This document shows positions 48,737 through 61,405 of a DNA stretch of 64,000 bases, one piece after another. The stretch comes from Anolis carolinensis (taxonomy: Eukaryota), in NCBI RefSeq assembly GCF_035594765.1, contig NW_026943819.1, positions 2,108,001 through 2,172,000 on the forward strand. Direction: 5' to 3'. Position 1 is the first letter of the stretch. Each line of letters opens with the position of its first letter. A model generated the notes under the pieces. That model made no database searches, had not been told where the DNA came from, and saw nothing but the letters and a program-made list of their open reading frames with translations. The position numbers and the translations under genes are program-made.

Positions 48737-49565
48737 CTAGACAATGTCACAAGACCATAGGTAAGCAAAGAGACCTTCAAAAACCATCTAGACAATCTCA
48801 TAAAACCATAGGTAAGGAAAGAGACCTCCAAAAACCATCTAGATGGTCTCATAAGACCATAGGTAAGCAAAGAGACCTCCAAAGGCTATCTAGATGGTCT
48901 CATAAAACCATAGGTAAGCAAAGAGACCTCCAAAGGCCATCTAGATGGTCTCATAAGACCATAGGTAAGCAAAGAGACCTCCAAAGGCCATCTAGATGGT
49001 CTCACAAGGCCATAGGTAAGCAAAGAGACCTCCAAAGACCATCTAGATGGTCTCACAAGACCATAGGTAAGCAAAGAGACCTCCAAAGGCTATCTAGATG
49101 GTCTCATAAAACCATAGGTAAGCAAAGAGACCTCCAAAGGCTATCTAGATGGTCTCATAAGACCATAGGTAAGCAAAGAGACCTCCAAAGGCTATCTAGA
49201 TGGTCTCACAAGACCATAGGTGAGCAAAGAGACCTCCAAAGGCTATCTAGATGGTCTCATAAGACCATAGGTAAGCAAAGAGACCTCCAAAGGCTATCTA
49301 GATGGTCTCACAAGACCATAGGTAAGCAAAGAGACCTCCAAAGGCCATCTAGACGATCTCATAAGACCATAGGTGAGCAAAGAGACCCTCAAAGGCCATC
49401 TATATGTTCTCATAAGACCATAGGTAAGCAAAGAGACCTCCAAAGGCTATCTAGATGGTCTCACAAGGCCATAGGTAAGTAAAGAGACCCTCAAAGGCCA
49501 TCTAGATAATCTCATAAGGCCATCAGAAGACCATAGATAAGGAAAGGGACCCTCAAAGGCCATCT
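48737..49565. repeat. 51-bp minisatellite, ~16 copies
   Basis: CTAGATGGTCTCATAAGACCATAGGTAAGCAAAGAGACCTCCAAAGGCCAT, period 51. Confidence 0.95.
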
Positions 49566-49761
49566 TTGAATGCCATGTCTCCATGAGATGGTCTTGGGAG
49601 TTGCAGTTTCCCAAGATCCAACCCCTTCTCTGGGCATGTTTGCACTAGAGAATAAATGCAGTTGGGACACATTTTAAATGCCATTATTATTTTTATTATT
49701 GTTGTTATTGTTATTATTATTAATAGTAGTAGTAGTATGCCATGTCTCCATGCTACGCAGT

Positions 49762-50100
49762 CCTGGGAGTTATAGTTTCCCAAGGTGCATACCCTTCTCT
49801 TGAATGCGTTTACACTATGAAATGAATGCTCTTGGACTCCACTTTAAATACCATAGGTCCATACTATACATTCCTGGGAGTTATAGTTTCCCAAGGTGCA
49901 TACCCTTCTCTTGAATGCGTTTACACTATGAAATGAATGCTCTTGGACTCCACTTTAAATACCATCGGTCCATACTATACATTCCTGGGAGTTATAGTTT
50001 CCCAAGGTCCATACCCTTCTCTTGAATGCGTTTACACTATGAAATGAATGCTTTTGGACTCCACTTTAAATATGTGTTCCTGGGAATTATAGTTTCCCAA
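49762..50100. repeat. 110-bp tandem repeat, ~3 copies
   Basis: CCTGGGAGTTATAGTTTCCCAAGG recurs at 110-bp spacing. Confidence 0.85.
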
Positions 50101-50345
50101 GGCCCATCATACCCTTCTCTGGGTCCATTTGCACTAGAGAATAAATACAGTAAGGACCCATTTTAAATGCCATTATTATTATTATTATTATTGTGACAAT
50201 GAAATATGATGTATACATTCAGTTTTATCATATTTATTTATTGTGTTGTTACAAGTGTTTTGTCTAGTTTTTGTATAGAATGTAATCAGGTCTTTTCAAG
50301 CCTGTTTGTTTGGCTTGGTACTTTGATATGGCCTTCCTCTTGTTG

Positions 50346-50382
<37 letters not shown>

Positions 50383-50955
50383 ACCATTCCTCCATGCTGT
50401 GCAGTCCTTGGAGCCATAGTTTCCCAAGGTCCATATCTTTGGACATGGCACGACCATGGCACTTAAAGCAGGGCTCAATCTGCATCCATTGTGCCGTGTA
50501 GATGCCCGCTTGGTCTCCTTTGGAGGGTCAGTTTGCAAAGGGAGCGGCCGGACCCTTGGCTGGGCTTCCCTTGTTCTAATTTGAGCGAATCCACCTGAGT
50601 TTGGATGGACGTTGCCAACCATCTATCTTCTCAGCCCGGGGATTAGTTTGCAGCCGGGCTCAGAATAACTCCTGTTGCGGGGAAAGGCACGGCCAGGCAA
50701 GACAAGGGGAGAGGAAACCGATACGGGGCCCGTTCTTCTCTCCCAAAACAGGGCCGGGTGGGGATGCCAGCCAGGATATTTAGAGACAATCTATTTTAAT
50801 GGCATGGCCACGGCTTGGCAGGACAGGAGGTGCGGAGGGACCCTTTGTGCTCCTCTCTTGGCCCCTTTGGATTAAGGGGTGGGCTGTGTGTGTGCTTCTA
50901 CACTGGAGAATTAAAGCACTTTGATACCACTGTAACCAAAACTCAGCCAGAACTA

Positions 50956-51010
<55 letters not shown>

Positions 51011-51249
51011 TCCAACATGTGATCCAATACAACAGCCAGCAGAGTGTCTACTGTGCACTCATCTTAAATATTGAAAAACATTTAATCTACTGGTGCCTCA
51101 ATTAATGCAATTTTATTGGTATCTATTTTTATTTCTGAAATTTACCACTCTTGGCTTATACTGGAGTCAATGTTTTCCCAGTTTTTTGTGTGGTAAAATT
51201 AGGTGCCTCGGCTTATATTCAGGTCGGCTTATACTCGAGTATATACGGT

Positions 51250-51317
51250 AATCATATGTGTCTATATGGATCCAATATCTATCTATCTGCCTGGTGATCG
51301 ATCGATCTATCTATCTA

Positions 51318-51348
<31 letters not shown>

Positions 51349-51445
51349 GCTACCTAGCTATCATATGGGTCTATATGGATTATCATCTATCTATCAATCA
51401 TATAGGTCTATATGGATCCAATATCTATCTATCTGCCTGGTGATA

Positions 51446-51497
<52 letters not shown>

Positions 51498-51974
51498 ATC
51501 TATCTACTTGTCTGTCAGTCTGTCTGTCTGCTACCTAGCTATCATATGGGTCTATATGGATTATCATCTATCTATCAATCATATGGGTCTATATATGGAT
51601 CCTCTATCTGTCTGTTTATATATCTGTTTGTTGATCTATCTATCTGTCTGTCTATCTATCATATGGGTCTAACTCTATATGGATCTAATATCTACCTATC
51701 ATATAGATCTATGTGGATCATCTGTCTGTCTATCTATCTGTTTGTTGATCTGTCTATCTATCTATAGTATCTATCATATGGGTCTATATATGGATCCTCT
51801 ATCTGTCTATCTATCTGTTTGTTGTTCTGTCTATCTATAGTATCTATCGTATGGGTCTATATATGGATCCTCTATCTGTCTATCTATCTGTTTGTTGTTC
51901 TGTCTATCTATCTATAGTATCTATCATATGGGTCTATATATGGATCCTCTATCTGTCTATCTGTCTGTTTGTTG

Positions 51975-52016
<42 letters not shown>

Positions 52017-52088
52017 AGTATCTATCATATGGGTCTAACTCTATATAGATCTAATATATATATATATCATTTGGGTCTGTGTGGATCC

Positions 52089-52155
<67 letters not shown>

Positions 52156-52705
52156 CTCTATCATATGGATCTATATATGGGTCCTCTATCTATCTGTTTG
52201 TTGTTCTGTCTATCTATCTATAGTATCTATCATATGGGTCTATATATGGATCCTCTATCTGTCTATCTGTCTGTTCGTTGATCTATCTATCTATCTATAT
52301 CTATCTATCTATCTATAGTATCTATCATATGGGTCTAACTCTATATAGATCTAATATATATATATCATTTGGGTCTGTGTGGATCCTCTATCTATCTATC
52401 TATCATATGGATCTATATATGGGTCCTCTATCTATCTGTTTGTTGATCTGTCTATCTATCTATAGTATCTATCATATGGGTCTATATATGGATCCTCTAT
52501 CTGTCTATCTGTCTGTTCGTTGATCTATCTATCTATCTATCTATCTATAGTAGCTATCATATGGGTCTAACTCTATATAGATCTAATATCTATATATCAT
52601 TTGGGTCTGTATGGATCCTCTATCTATCTATCTGTCTATCTATCTACTTAGCTGTCGTATGGGTCTGTATGCATCAAATATCTTTCTATCTATCTGTCTA
52701 TCTAT
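51250..52705. repeat. Composite (ATCT)n/(GTCT)n satellite with higher-order repeats
   Basis: Direct inspection. Confidence 0.9.
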
Positions 52706-54161
52706 TAAACCGCCGAGCTGCTGAACTTACTGACTGAAAGGTCAGCAGTTCGAATCCCAGGAGCACGGCGAGCTCCTGCTGTTAGCCCCAGCTTCTGCCA
52801 ACTTAGCAGTCCGAAAACATGCAAATGTGAGTAGATCAATAGGTACTGCTCCGGCGGGAAAGTAATGGTGCTCCATGCAGTCATGCCAGTGGCCACATAA
52901 CCTGGGAGGTGTCTACGGACAATGCCGGCTCTTCGGCTTAGAAATGGAGATGAGCACCAACCCCCAGAGTTGGACACGACTGGACTTAAGGAATAAGGAA
53001 ATTGTCATTTAACGTGTGTTTACACTGTAGAAGGAATGCAGTTTGTGACTTTGCCTGGACTGCCATGGCTCAATGCAATGGGATCCTGAGAGTTCTGGGG
53101 GGAATTAAACACCAGGGCAGTGACAAACCAAGGTTTCAGAGCAAGAACAAAGTCTCTTTTAGGAAAAATCCTTTAGCCGGGAGAGGAAAATATCCCCCCA
53201 AATGAGGACAAATTGTACTCAGTGGATACGGGCAGCGGACCAAGTTTTGGAACGGAAAAACCGGGTAGGAGGAAGACATAAAACGGAACGGGTGGAAATA
53301 CAAACAGGAGGACCTCGGATCATAACATTTCGCCGCACGTCCCGCTTATAAATATTGTTTGGAAAGTAGTCGTCACAACGTTAATAAAACCCAGCACGAT
53401 GTTGTCGTTTGAACATTAGGATTCGAATTCCTGCTCAACCCATGGGACGAGTCACACTCTCTCAGCCTTCAAGGGATGTGTGATTTCAGCTCTGCTATAA
53501 CTGCAGGTTCGGGGCCTGTGTGCCAAGTTTTCAAATTATTATTATTATTCTTATTATTTGCAACATTTATATCCCTCCCTTCTCACCGCAAAGGGGTCTC
53601 AGTGCGGTTTACAAGTACAGTAGAATCTCACTTATCCAACACTCGCTTATCCAACGTTCTGGATTATCCAACGCATTTTTGTAGTCAATGTTTTCAATAC
53701 ATCGTGATATTTTGGTGCTAAATTCATAAATACAGTAATTAGCATTACTGCGTATTGAACTACTTTTTCTGTCAAATTTGTTGTATAACATGATGTTTTG
53801 GTGCTTAGTTTGTAAAATCATAAACTAATTTGATGTTTTAGGCTTTTCCTTAATGCCTCCTTATTATCCAACCTATTCGCTTATCCAACATTCTGCCGGC
53901 CCGTTTATGTTGGATAAATGAGACTCTACTGTATATATACATACAATATATTATATTATACAATTATATTGCAATATTATTAGTAAAATTGCATGTAATA
54001 TAAATATACAATTATAATAGTGAATTATAATTATTATTACATTGTACTACATCATAATATTATTATTAATATTACATGTATATACAATATATTATAATAT
54101 TAGTATAGTATAATATTATTATATATTATTACTGTATATCATTAAATTGATACAGAAGACA

Positions 54162-54740
54162 TGTTGAAAAGATGATGGAAAGGACCAAATGAGACACAGT
54201 CAGTTGAAGGCAAAACCAGAGGTTTATTCTCAATGGCTGGAGAGGATGTCAGCAGAGACGGCACTCTAAAAACTCGCATAGCACAATTGCGAATATATAG
54301 TATATTTATTACATTTTGACAGCTATTGAAGCCTACAGTGCTTCCTTTTGATTGGCTCAGAAAGTGTCCAGCTAGGTTCCGCTCCCTGATTTGTCCTAAG
54401 CCGATGCTGATTGGTCTTTAAAGGGGAAACTGTAATAAACTGTCATTGGACTATTTAGAAGATATATCAATTTTCAATCCACCCATGCGGAGGGCTCGAT
54501 TGGGACAGAATGCAATGGAGCAAGCGATAATGGGCTTAATATTCTAGTCTTGGGTGATACAAGGTGTCAGTCCAGATAAACAATGGGTGCAAGAGGTGTT
54601 GTCCGTCTCAATGGGTGTCACAATTGTGGGTCTGGTTTGGGGGCATGGAAGAGAAAGCATTCCCAGATATATCAGATGAAACAGTTAAGAGGACCCAGGG
54701 GTTCTGATGCAGGTTCATTGTATGTCTCCCTTCTCGTCCA
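54162..54740 (-). mobile_element. Possible solo LTR
   Basis: Minus strand shows several CCAAT boxes, a TATA-like tract and AATAAA ~60 nt before a terminal CA; far boundary and TSD not identified. Confidence 0.35.
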
Positions 54741-55364
54741 TTGTGACAGTTTTATGGTAATTTGGGGAATCACTTGTTGAAGTCTGAGATGGGGTGAAGA
54801 GCGGTATATAAATTAATTAATTAAATAAATAAATCTTGAAATGTTATTATAGGGAAAAATGGAAAAAGGCAATGTGGGTGAGTGACATTGTTGTACCTCA
54901 GCAAGCAGCTGAGGATTTTTCTGACATTTCAAAGAACGAGGGATTTGATGGGCTTCAAAGTGTAATGAGGATTTTGATGGGTTTCAAAGTGAAGAGTCTG
55001 TCAGTGTTAGGAGAGAATTGCAGCCAAACGAGGCCAAAGTTTTGGATTCCTGTACTCAGGCAACTGGGGAAAGTTAAAGTCCCAGGTCTCTTGAGAAACG
55101 GCCTTCGGCTGATGGGGAGTTTTCCCGAGAAACCGAATTAGGCTTGAGAACAGAGGGAGTGAAAAATAGACTAATTAGAAGCTCTGAGAGAATCTGTGAT
55201 AATACCTTATAGCCTAGGTGCGTTCGGCATGATCATGGCACCAATCTTGCCATGATAGGCTTGCCTTGGGGTCACCATAAGTTGGAAATGGAAAGTCAGA
55301 GTACGTTCAGAGGAGTCGGGTCTTCCGAATGTGATGCATCTCTTTCTCCCGTCTTTTTCTTTAG

Positions 55365-55405
55365 GAGCTGTCCTTCGCCGTTCAAGAGAAAGAAAGAAAA
55401 ACCAG
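55365..55405 (+). CDS. C11orf52: C11orf52 exon 2 (SCPSPFKRKKEKP)
   Basis: Similar to human SCPSTFQKKKK; strong acceptor and GTGAGT donor; phase 2 to 1. Confidence 0.85.
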
Positions 55406-56355
55406 GTGAGTTTTTGGTTGTCAGTGGGAATCTTTCTCCGGGAGCTTTGTGATATTTCTGGGTTGAGTTCTCCATCCAGTGGGACCACCTTCGGGCTGCA
55501 TCTGCACTGTAGAATTAACACAGTTTGGAACCACTTGAACTGCTACAGTTAAGTGTTATGGAATCCTGGATGTTGTAGGTTGGTGAGGCACCAGGACTCG
55601 TTGACAGAGGAGGCTATGGTGTAGATCAGGCGTGGTTGAACTTGAGGCCTCCAGGTGTTTTGGATTGCAACTCCCACCATTCCTAACAGCCTCAGGCCCC
55701 TTCCTTTTCCCCCTCCGCCGCTTAAGCGGCGGAGGGGGAAAAGGAAAGGGCCTGAGGCTGTTAGGAATGGTGGGAGTTGCAATCCAAAACATCTGGAGGT
55801 CTCAGGTTCAACCATGTCTGGTGTAGATGCATCTGAGAGATCCTAAACAGGAGCAATAAACATGAAATCTACTTGACTTAGTCTTTGCAAAACATGTTCT
55901 GGGACGAAATACCCAACCTTGTAGATAAATAAACAGAATGTTCCAAAGTTGTTATTTTTCCTGTTTTTCCTAAGGAGACCTCTGTCCTTGCTTTCCTTCT
56001 GCAGGGTGTTTCCATGGACAACGTGGTTTTGTGTGCCTCGAACCAGCGCCCTTGTGGCAAGGGATTTGGGTATTATCAAGGGAGGGAAGGAGTCATGCGC
56101 TAAACATTGACAAAAAGGTTAAACATTGACAAAAAGGTCACAACAGGTTTCTGTTTCCAATGCAAGATCTCAGAGCAGAGAGTTAAAAAAAAGCACATGC
56201 TTGCATGTATAATGTAGACCGAATGCAGTACTTTGGCTGCCTCTACTCAATGGAGTCGTGGGAGTTGTAGTTTGGAGAGGTTAAAGACCTTGTAAAACTA
56301 TGCTCTACTGTGTCCCTTGTTATTTCCCAAATTATATCAACCGTTTCTTTTCCAG

Positions 56356-56402
56356 GATCCAGAATCGACAAGAAGAGTATTCAGCGCCCAGAGAGCAAAA
56401 AG
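56356..56402 (+). CDS. C11orf52: C11orf52 exon 3 (GSRIDKKSIQRPESKK)
   Basis: Pyrimidine tract/CAG acceptor and GTAAAT donor; restores phase 1 to 0. Confidence 0.7.
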
Positions 56403-58037
56403 GTAAATTCTTTCCCAAGAGATGTAATAATGCCAGTTGCAAAACCATAGTAGACCTGTAGTACGAATTTGAGTTGCATTATATGTCAGTGTAGAGCCAA
56501 CCTATGTTTAGGTCTATTTTAGTATTTATATATTATAGGCTTTCAATTATAATTTCTATCGTTTTCAGTGACATAAGCCACTTTGAATTTTGCTGTGGTG
56601 ATGGTGGTGGTGATGGTGATGACGATAATGATGGTGGTGGTGATGACGATGGTGGTGACGATGGTGGTNNNNNNNNNNNNNNNNNNNNNNNNNNNNNNNN
56701 NNNNNNNNNNNNNNNNNNNNNNNNNNNNNNNNNNNNNNNNNNNNNNNNNNNNNNNNNNNNNNNNNNNNNNNNNNNNNNNNNNNNNNNNNNNNNNNNNNNN
56801 NNNNNNNNNNNNNNNNNNNNNNNNNNNNNNNNNNNNNNNNNNNNNNNNNNNNNNNNNNNNNNNNNNNNNNNNNNNNNNNNNNNNNNNNNNNNNNNNNNNN
56901 NNNNNNNNNNNNNNNNNNNNNNNNNNNNNNNNNNNNNNNNNNNNNNNNNNNNNNNNNNNNNNNNNNNNNNNNNNNNNNNNNNNNNNNNNNNNNNNNNNNN
57001 NNNNNNNNNNNNNNNNNNNNNNNNNNNNNNNNNNNNNNNNNNNNNNNNNNNNNNNNNNNNNNNNNNNNNNNNNNNNNNNNNNNNNNNNNNNNNNNNNNNN
57101 NNNNNNNNNNNNNNNNNNNNNNNNNNNNNNNNNNNNNNNNNNNNNNNNNNNNNNNNNNNNNNNNNNNNNNNNNNNNNNNNNNNNNNNNNNNNNNNNNNNN
57201 NNNNNNNNNNNNNNNNNNNNNNNNNNNNNNNNNNNNNNNNNNNNNNNNNNNNNNNNNNNNNNNNNNNNNNNNNNNNNNNNNNNNNNNNNNNNNNNNNNNN
57301 NNNNNNNNNNNNNNNNNNNNNNNNNNNNNNNNNNNNNNNNNNNNNNNNNNNNNATGTTGTGGAATTTCATTTGGACGCGGGTGAAGAAAGCAGACTGACA
57401 GCAGAAGTTGTCTTCAAGATAGGGTTGTTGTATGTCTTTTGGGCTGTGTGGCCATGTTCCAGAAGTATTCTGGAAAGAATACTTCTGGAACATGGCCACA
57501 CAGCCCGAAAGACATACAACAACCCTGTGATCCCGGCCATGAAAGCCTTCGACAACACATTGTCTTCAAGATAGTTTACTTTTGGCCAAGAGCAGGTGAC
57601 AATGTTAGCTAATGCCCAAAAAACGCAATGCCACACCTTAAATTGGCTTTCCAATTTATAAAATTTTACAGAAGCATGCGCAGAAAGCTAACTGACAATG
57701 GAATTTGCTGACTATTATAATCCTTTTGGACATGCGTAGTTGCCTTGTAACTTATATAACTCATTACTCATCACATCAGGTGACGTGTCCATAGTTTGCT
57801 CCACGTATGCACTATCCTCAGGTGACATGTTCATAGTTCATCCCACGTATGCATCATCCAGCAGCCACATCATTACTGCAGTTTGCATGAGCTTATATTG
57901 TGAGCAAAGAGCAAATGTCAGGCAGAACATGTCCTGTCAACACTTTCATGGAAAAACAAGATTTTTGAGTAAGGGTCATCTAGGTAAGGGATTTTTAGGG
58001 TCTTTAAATAAAATATTAAAGAGCTGCTCCATTATTT

Positions 58038-59220
58038 ATGGTGATGACGATGATGGTGATGGTGAGATGACAATGGTGNNNNNNNNNNNNNNNNNNNNNN
58101 NNNNNNNNNNNNNNNNNNNNNNNNNNNNNNNNNNNNNNNNNNNNNNNNNNNNNNNNNNNNNNNNNNNNNNNNNNNNNNNNNNNNNNNNNNNNNNNNNNNN
58201 NNNNNNNNNNATGATGATGGTGGAGATGACAATGGTGATAGTGTTGACAATGGTGATGATAGTGATGATGATGATGGTGACGATGATAATGACGCTAGTG
58301 ATGATGATAGTGATGGTGGGGATGATGATGGTGATGGTGATGACCATGGTGATGTCAGTGATGATGATGGTGGAGATGACAATGGTGATAGTGTTGACAA
58401 TGGTGATGACAGTGATGATGATGATGGTGATGATGGTGATGACGATAATGATGCTACTGATGATGATGGTGATGGTGATGACCATGGAGATGACAATGGT
58501 GATAGTGTTGACAATGGTGATGATAGTGATGATGATGATGGTGATGATGGTGACGATGATAATAACGCTAGTGATGATGATAGTGATGGCGGGGATGATG
58601 ATGGTGATGGTGATGACCATGGTGATGACCATGGTGATGTCAGTGATGATGATGGTGGAGATGACAATGGTGATAGTGTTGACAATGCTGATGACAGTGA
58701 TGATGATGATGGCGACGATGGCGACGATGATAATGACACTAATGATGATGATAGTGATGGTGGGGATGATGATGGTGATGGTGATGACCATGGTGAAGAC
58801 CATGGTGATGTCAGTGATGATGATGGTGGAGATGACAATGGTGATAGTGTTGACAATGGTGATGATAGTGATGATGATGATGGTGACGATGATAATGATG
58901 CTAGTGATGATGATAGTGATGGTGGGGATGATGATGGTGATGGTGATGACCATGGTGATGACCCTGGTGATGTCAGTGATGATGATGGTGGAGATGACAA
59001 TGGTGATAGTGTTGACAATGGTGATGATAGTGATGATGATGATGGTGACGATGATAATGACGCTAGTGATGATGATAGTGATGGTGGGGATGATGATGGT
59101 GATGGTGATGACCATGGTGATGTCAGTGATGATGATGGTGGAGATGACAATGGTGATGATGTTGACGATGATAATGACGATGGTGATGATAATGACGATG
59201 GTGATGATGGTGGTGATGAT
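58038..59220. repeat. (GAT/GGT)n low-complexity satellite with higher-order repeats; similar tract at 56595-56668; adjacent to N gaps
   Basis: Direct inspection. Confidence 0.9.
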
Positions 59221-59263
59221 AAGACCTGCCGTGACATTACATCTTCTCATTTCCCATCTCCAG

Positions 59264-59515
59264 GGCCTTGAGGTGGCTCCGGTTTACGACGAGGTCTCCG
59301 AGTTCCCGGTCTACGCTAGTGTGAGCAAGCCCAAGCCCTCCAAGCGCGAGGACAGCAGCGTCCACTATGCGGACATCCAGGTTTTCAGCAAAGTCCGGGA
59401 ACGTTCGGCCGGCGAGGTGAAAGGCCTGCAGAGCCAGGCCGCCACCGAGTACGCCACTCTCAACTTCCCTCGCGTCGCCCCGAAATACGACAGCAAGAAC
59501 GGGACGCTGGTGTAG
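59264..59515 (+). CDS. C11orf52: C11orf52 last exon (GLEVAPVYDEV...HYADIQV...TEYATLNFP...YDSKNGTLV*)
   Basis: HYADIQV, TEYATL.FP and YDSKNGTLV match human C11orf52; CAG acceptor at 59261-59263. Confidence 0.93.
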   Translation, partial: GLEVAPVYDEVSEFPVYASVSKPKPSKREDSSVHYADIQVFSKVRERSAGEVKGLQSQAATEYATLNFPRVAPKYDSKNGTLV

Positions 59516-59724
59516 TTTTCCCTCTTGCTCTGGTCTCCATCTTCTATATATATAAAAGGGTACTGGAATCACGGCACCGGACAAAAGAACTAAACTAAAT
59601 GCCCCACAACCTCGAAAATTGACAGCACAACCTCTCATCCACGCCTCTACGTTCATACAACAAAAAGAAAAGAAAAATAAAGTCCTAGCCACAGCAACGC
59701 GTGGCCGGGCACGGCTAGTTATTA

Positions 59725-59781
<57 letters not shown>

Positions 59782-60494
59782 CAACCTGGATCTTGTGCCG
59801 GATGTCCGGACACGTTTGACATCTCCAGCACTTGTGACCCTTTTGGAGACTTTCTTCTTTCCGAGATATCTACCCAAACTGTTTCTCGGGTGTGCCAAGA
59901 AAAAGACTATTTGGGACATAATAACAGGAGACCAACCTAAAGACAGTGGAGCTTCTCTTGTTGTCCCTTTTTGGTACGAGATGGAACGGACAGAACTGGA
60001 AGCCTTGGAGCCCAAAGCGCTGATTTCTGGGCAGACGAAGGGTGCATCTAGACTTTAGTTTTATACCATTTTGATTGCTCCGACTTTTGGGCAGAGATGG
60101 CTAAAGACCTTGCGGAACTACAACTCCCAGGATCCCATCACATGGATCCATGGCAGTTTAAAGCGACATCAAACCACATTCATTCTACAGTGTGGATGCC
60201 CATTTATAATGAGTCATAATAATATAATATACTTTATTTATATTGAGCCCTCAATGGCGCGGCGGGTTAAACTGAGTTGCAGGACTTGCTGACCGAAAGG
60301 TTAGCAGTTTGAATCCGGGGAGCGGGGTGAGCTCTCGCTGTTAGCCCCAGCTTCTGCCAACGTAGCAGTCCGAAAGCATGCGAATGTGAGTAGATCAATA
60401 GGTACCGCTCCAACGGGAAGATAATGGTGCTCCATGCAGTCATGCCAATGGACACATGACTTTGGAGATGACTATGACAACGGCGGCTCTTTCG

Positions 60495-61405
60495 GTCTGC
60501 TAGGTGGGCAGGTGAACTGGGGCTGACGGGGGGGTGCTCACCCCGACCTGGGCTCGAACTGCCGACCTTTCAATCGGCAGGATTTTCAGCAGCATAGCGG
60601 TTTAACCCATTGTGCTAAGCCCAACCTCTTTATGCCACTTATCACATCCTTGCTAAAAGCGGTACCTATTTACCTACTCGCATTTCTGCTTTCGATCTGC
60701 TAGATGGGCAGGTGAGCTGGGGCTGAAGGCGGGTGCTCACCCCAACCCGGGCTTGAACTGCCAACCTTTCAATCGGCAGGATTTTCAGCAGCATAGCGGT
60801 TTGGCCAATTGTGCTAAGTCCAACCTCTTTATGCCACTTATCACCTCCTCGCTAAAAGCAGTACCTATTTACCTACTCACATTTCTGCTTTCGATCTGCT
60901 AGGTGGGCAGGTGAGCTGGGGCTGAAGGCAGGTGCTCACCCCAACCCGGGCTTGAACTGCCAGCCTTTCGATTGATGGGATTTTCAGTAGCATAGCGGTT
61001 TAGCCCATTGTGCTAAGCTCAACCTCTTTATGCCACTTATCACCTCCTCGCTAAAAGTGGTACTTATTTACCTACTTGCATTTCTGCTTTTGATCTGCTA
61101 GGTGGGCAGGTGAGCTGGGGCTGAAGGCGGGTGCTCACCCCAACCCGGGCTTGAACTGCCAGCCTTTCAATTGGTAGGATTTTCAGCAGCATAGCGGTTT
61201 AGCCCATTGTACTAAGCTCAACCTTTTTATGCCACTTATCACATCCTTGCTAAAAGCGGTACTTATTTACCTACTCGCATTTCTGCTTTCGATCTGCTAG
61301 GTGGGCAGGTGAGCTGGGGCTGAAGGCGGGTGCTCACCCCGACCCGGACTCGAACTGCCGACCTTTCAATCGGCAGGATTTTCAGCAGCACAGCGGTTTA
61401 GCCTT
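60495..61405 (-). repeat. ~200-bp tandem array (about 4.5 copies) of a diverged SINE-head-like unit
   Basis: CTGCTAGGTGGGCAGGTGAGCTGGGGCTG...GGGCTTGAACTG recurs; reverse complement resembles the Sauria SINE 5' part. Confidence 0.75.

Noticed and set aside
48737-49565. Regular repeat with internal palindrome resembling a CRISPR array
   Set aside because: No unique spacers, eukaryotic intron, no cas genes; it is a minisatellite
57740-59263. 591-aa Met/Val-rich ORF and its antisense Ser/Pro and Ile/Thr ORFs
   Set aside because: Product of the (GAT/GGT)n satellite plus an N gap; only the part after the CAG acceptor at 59263 is the real C11orf52 exon
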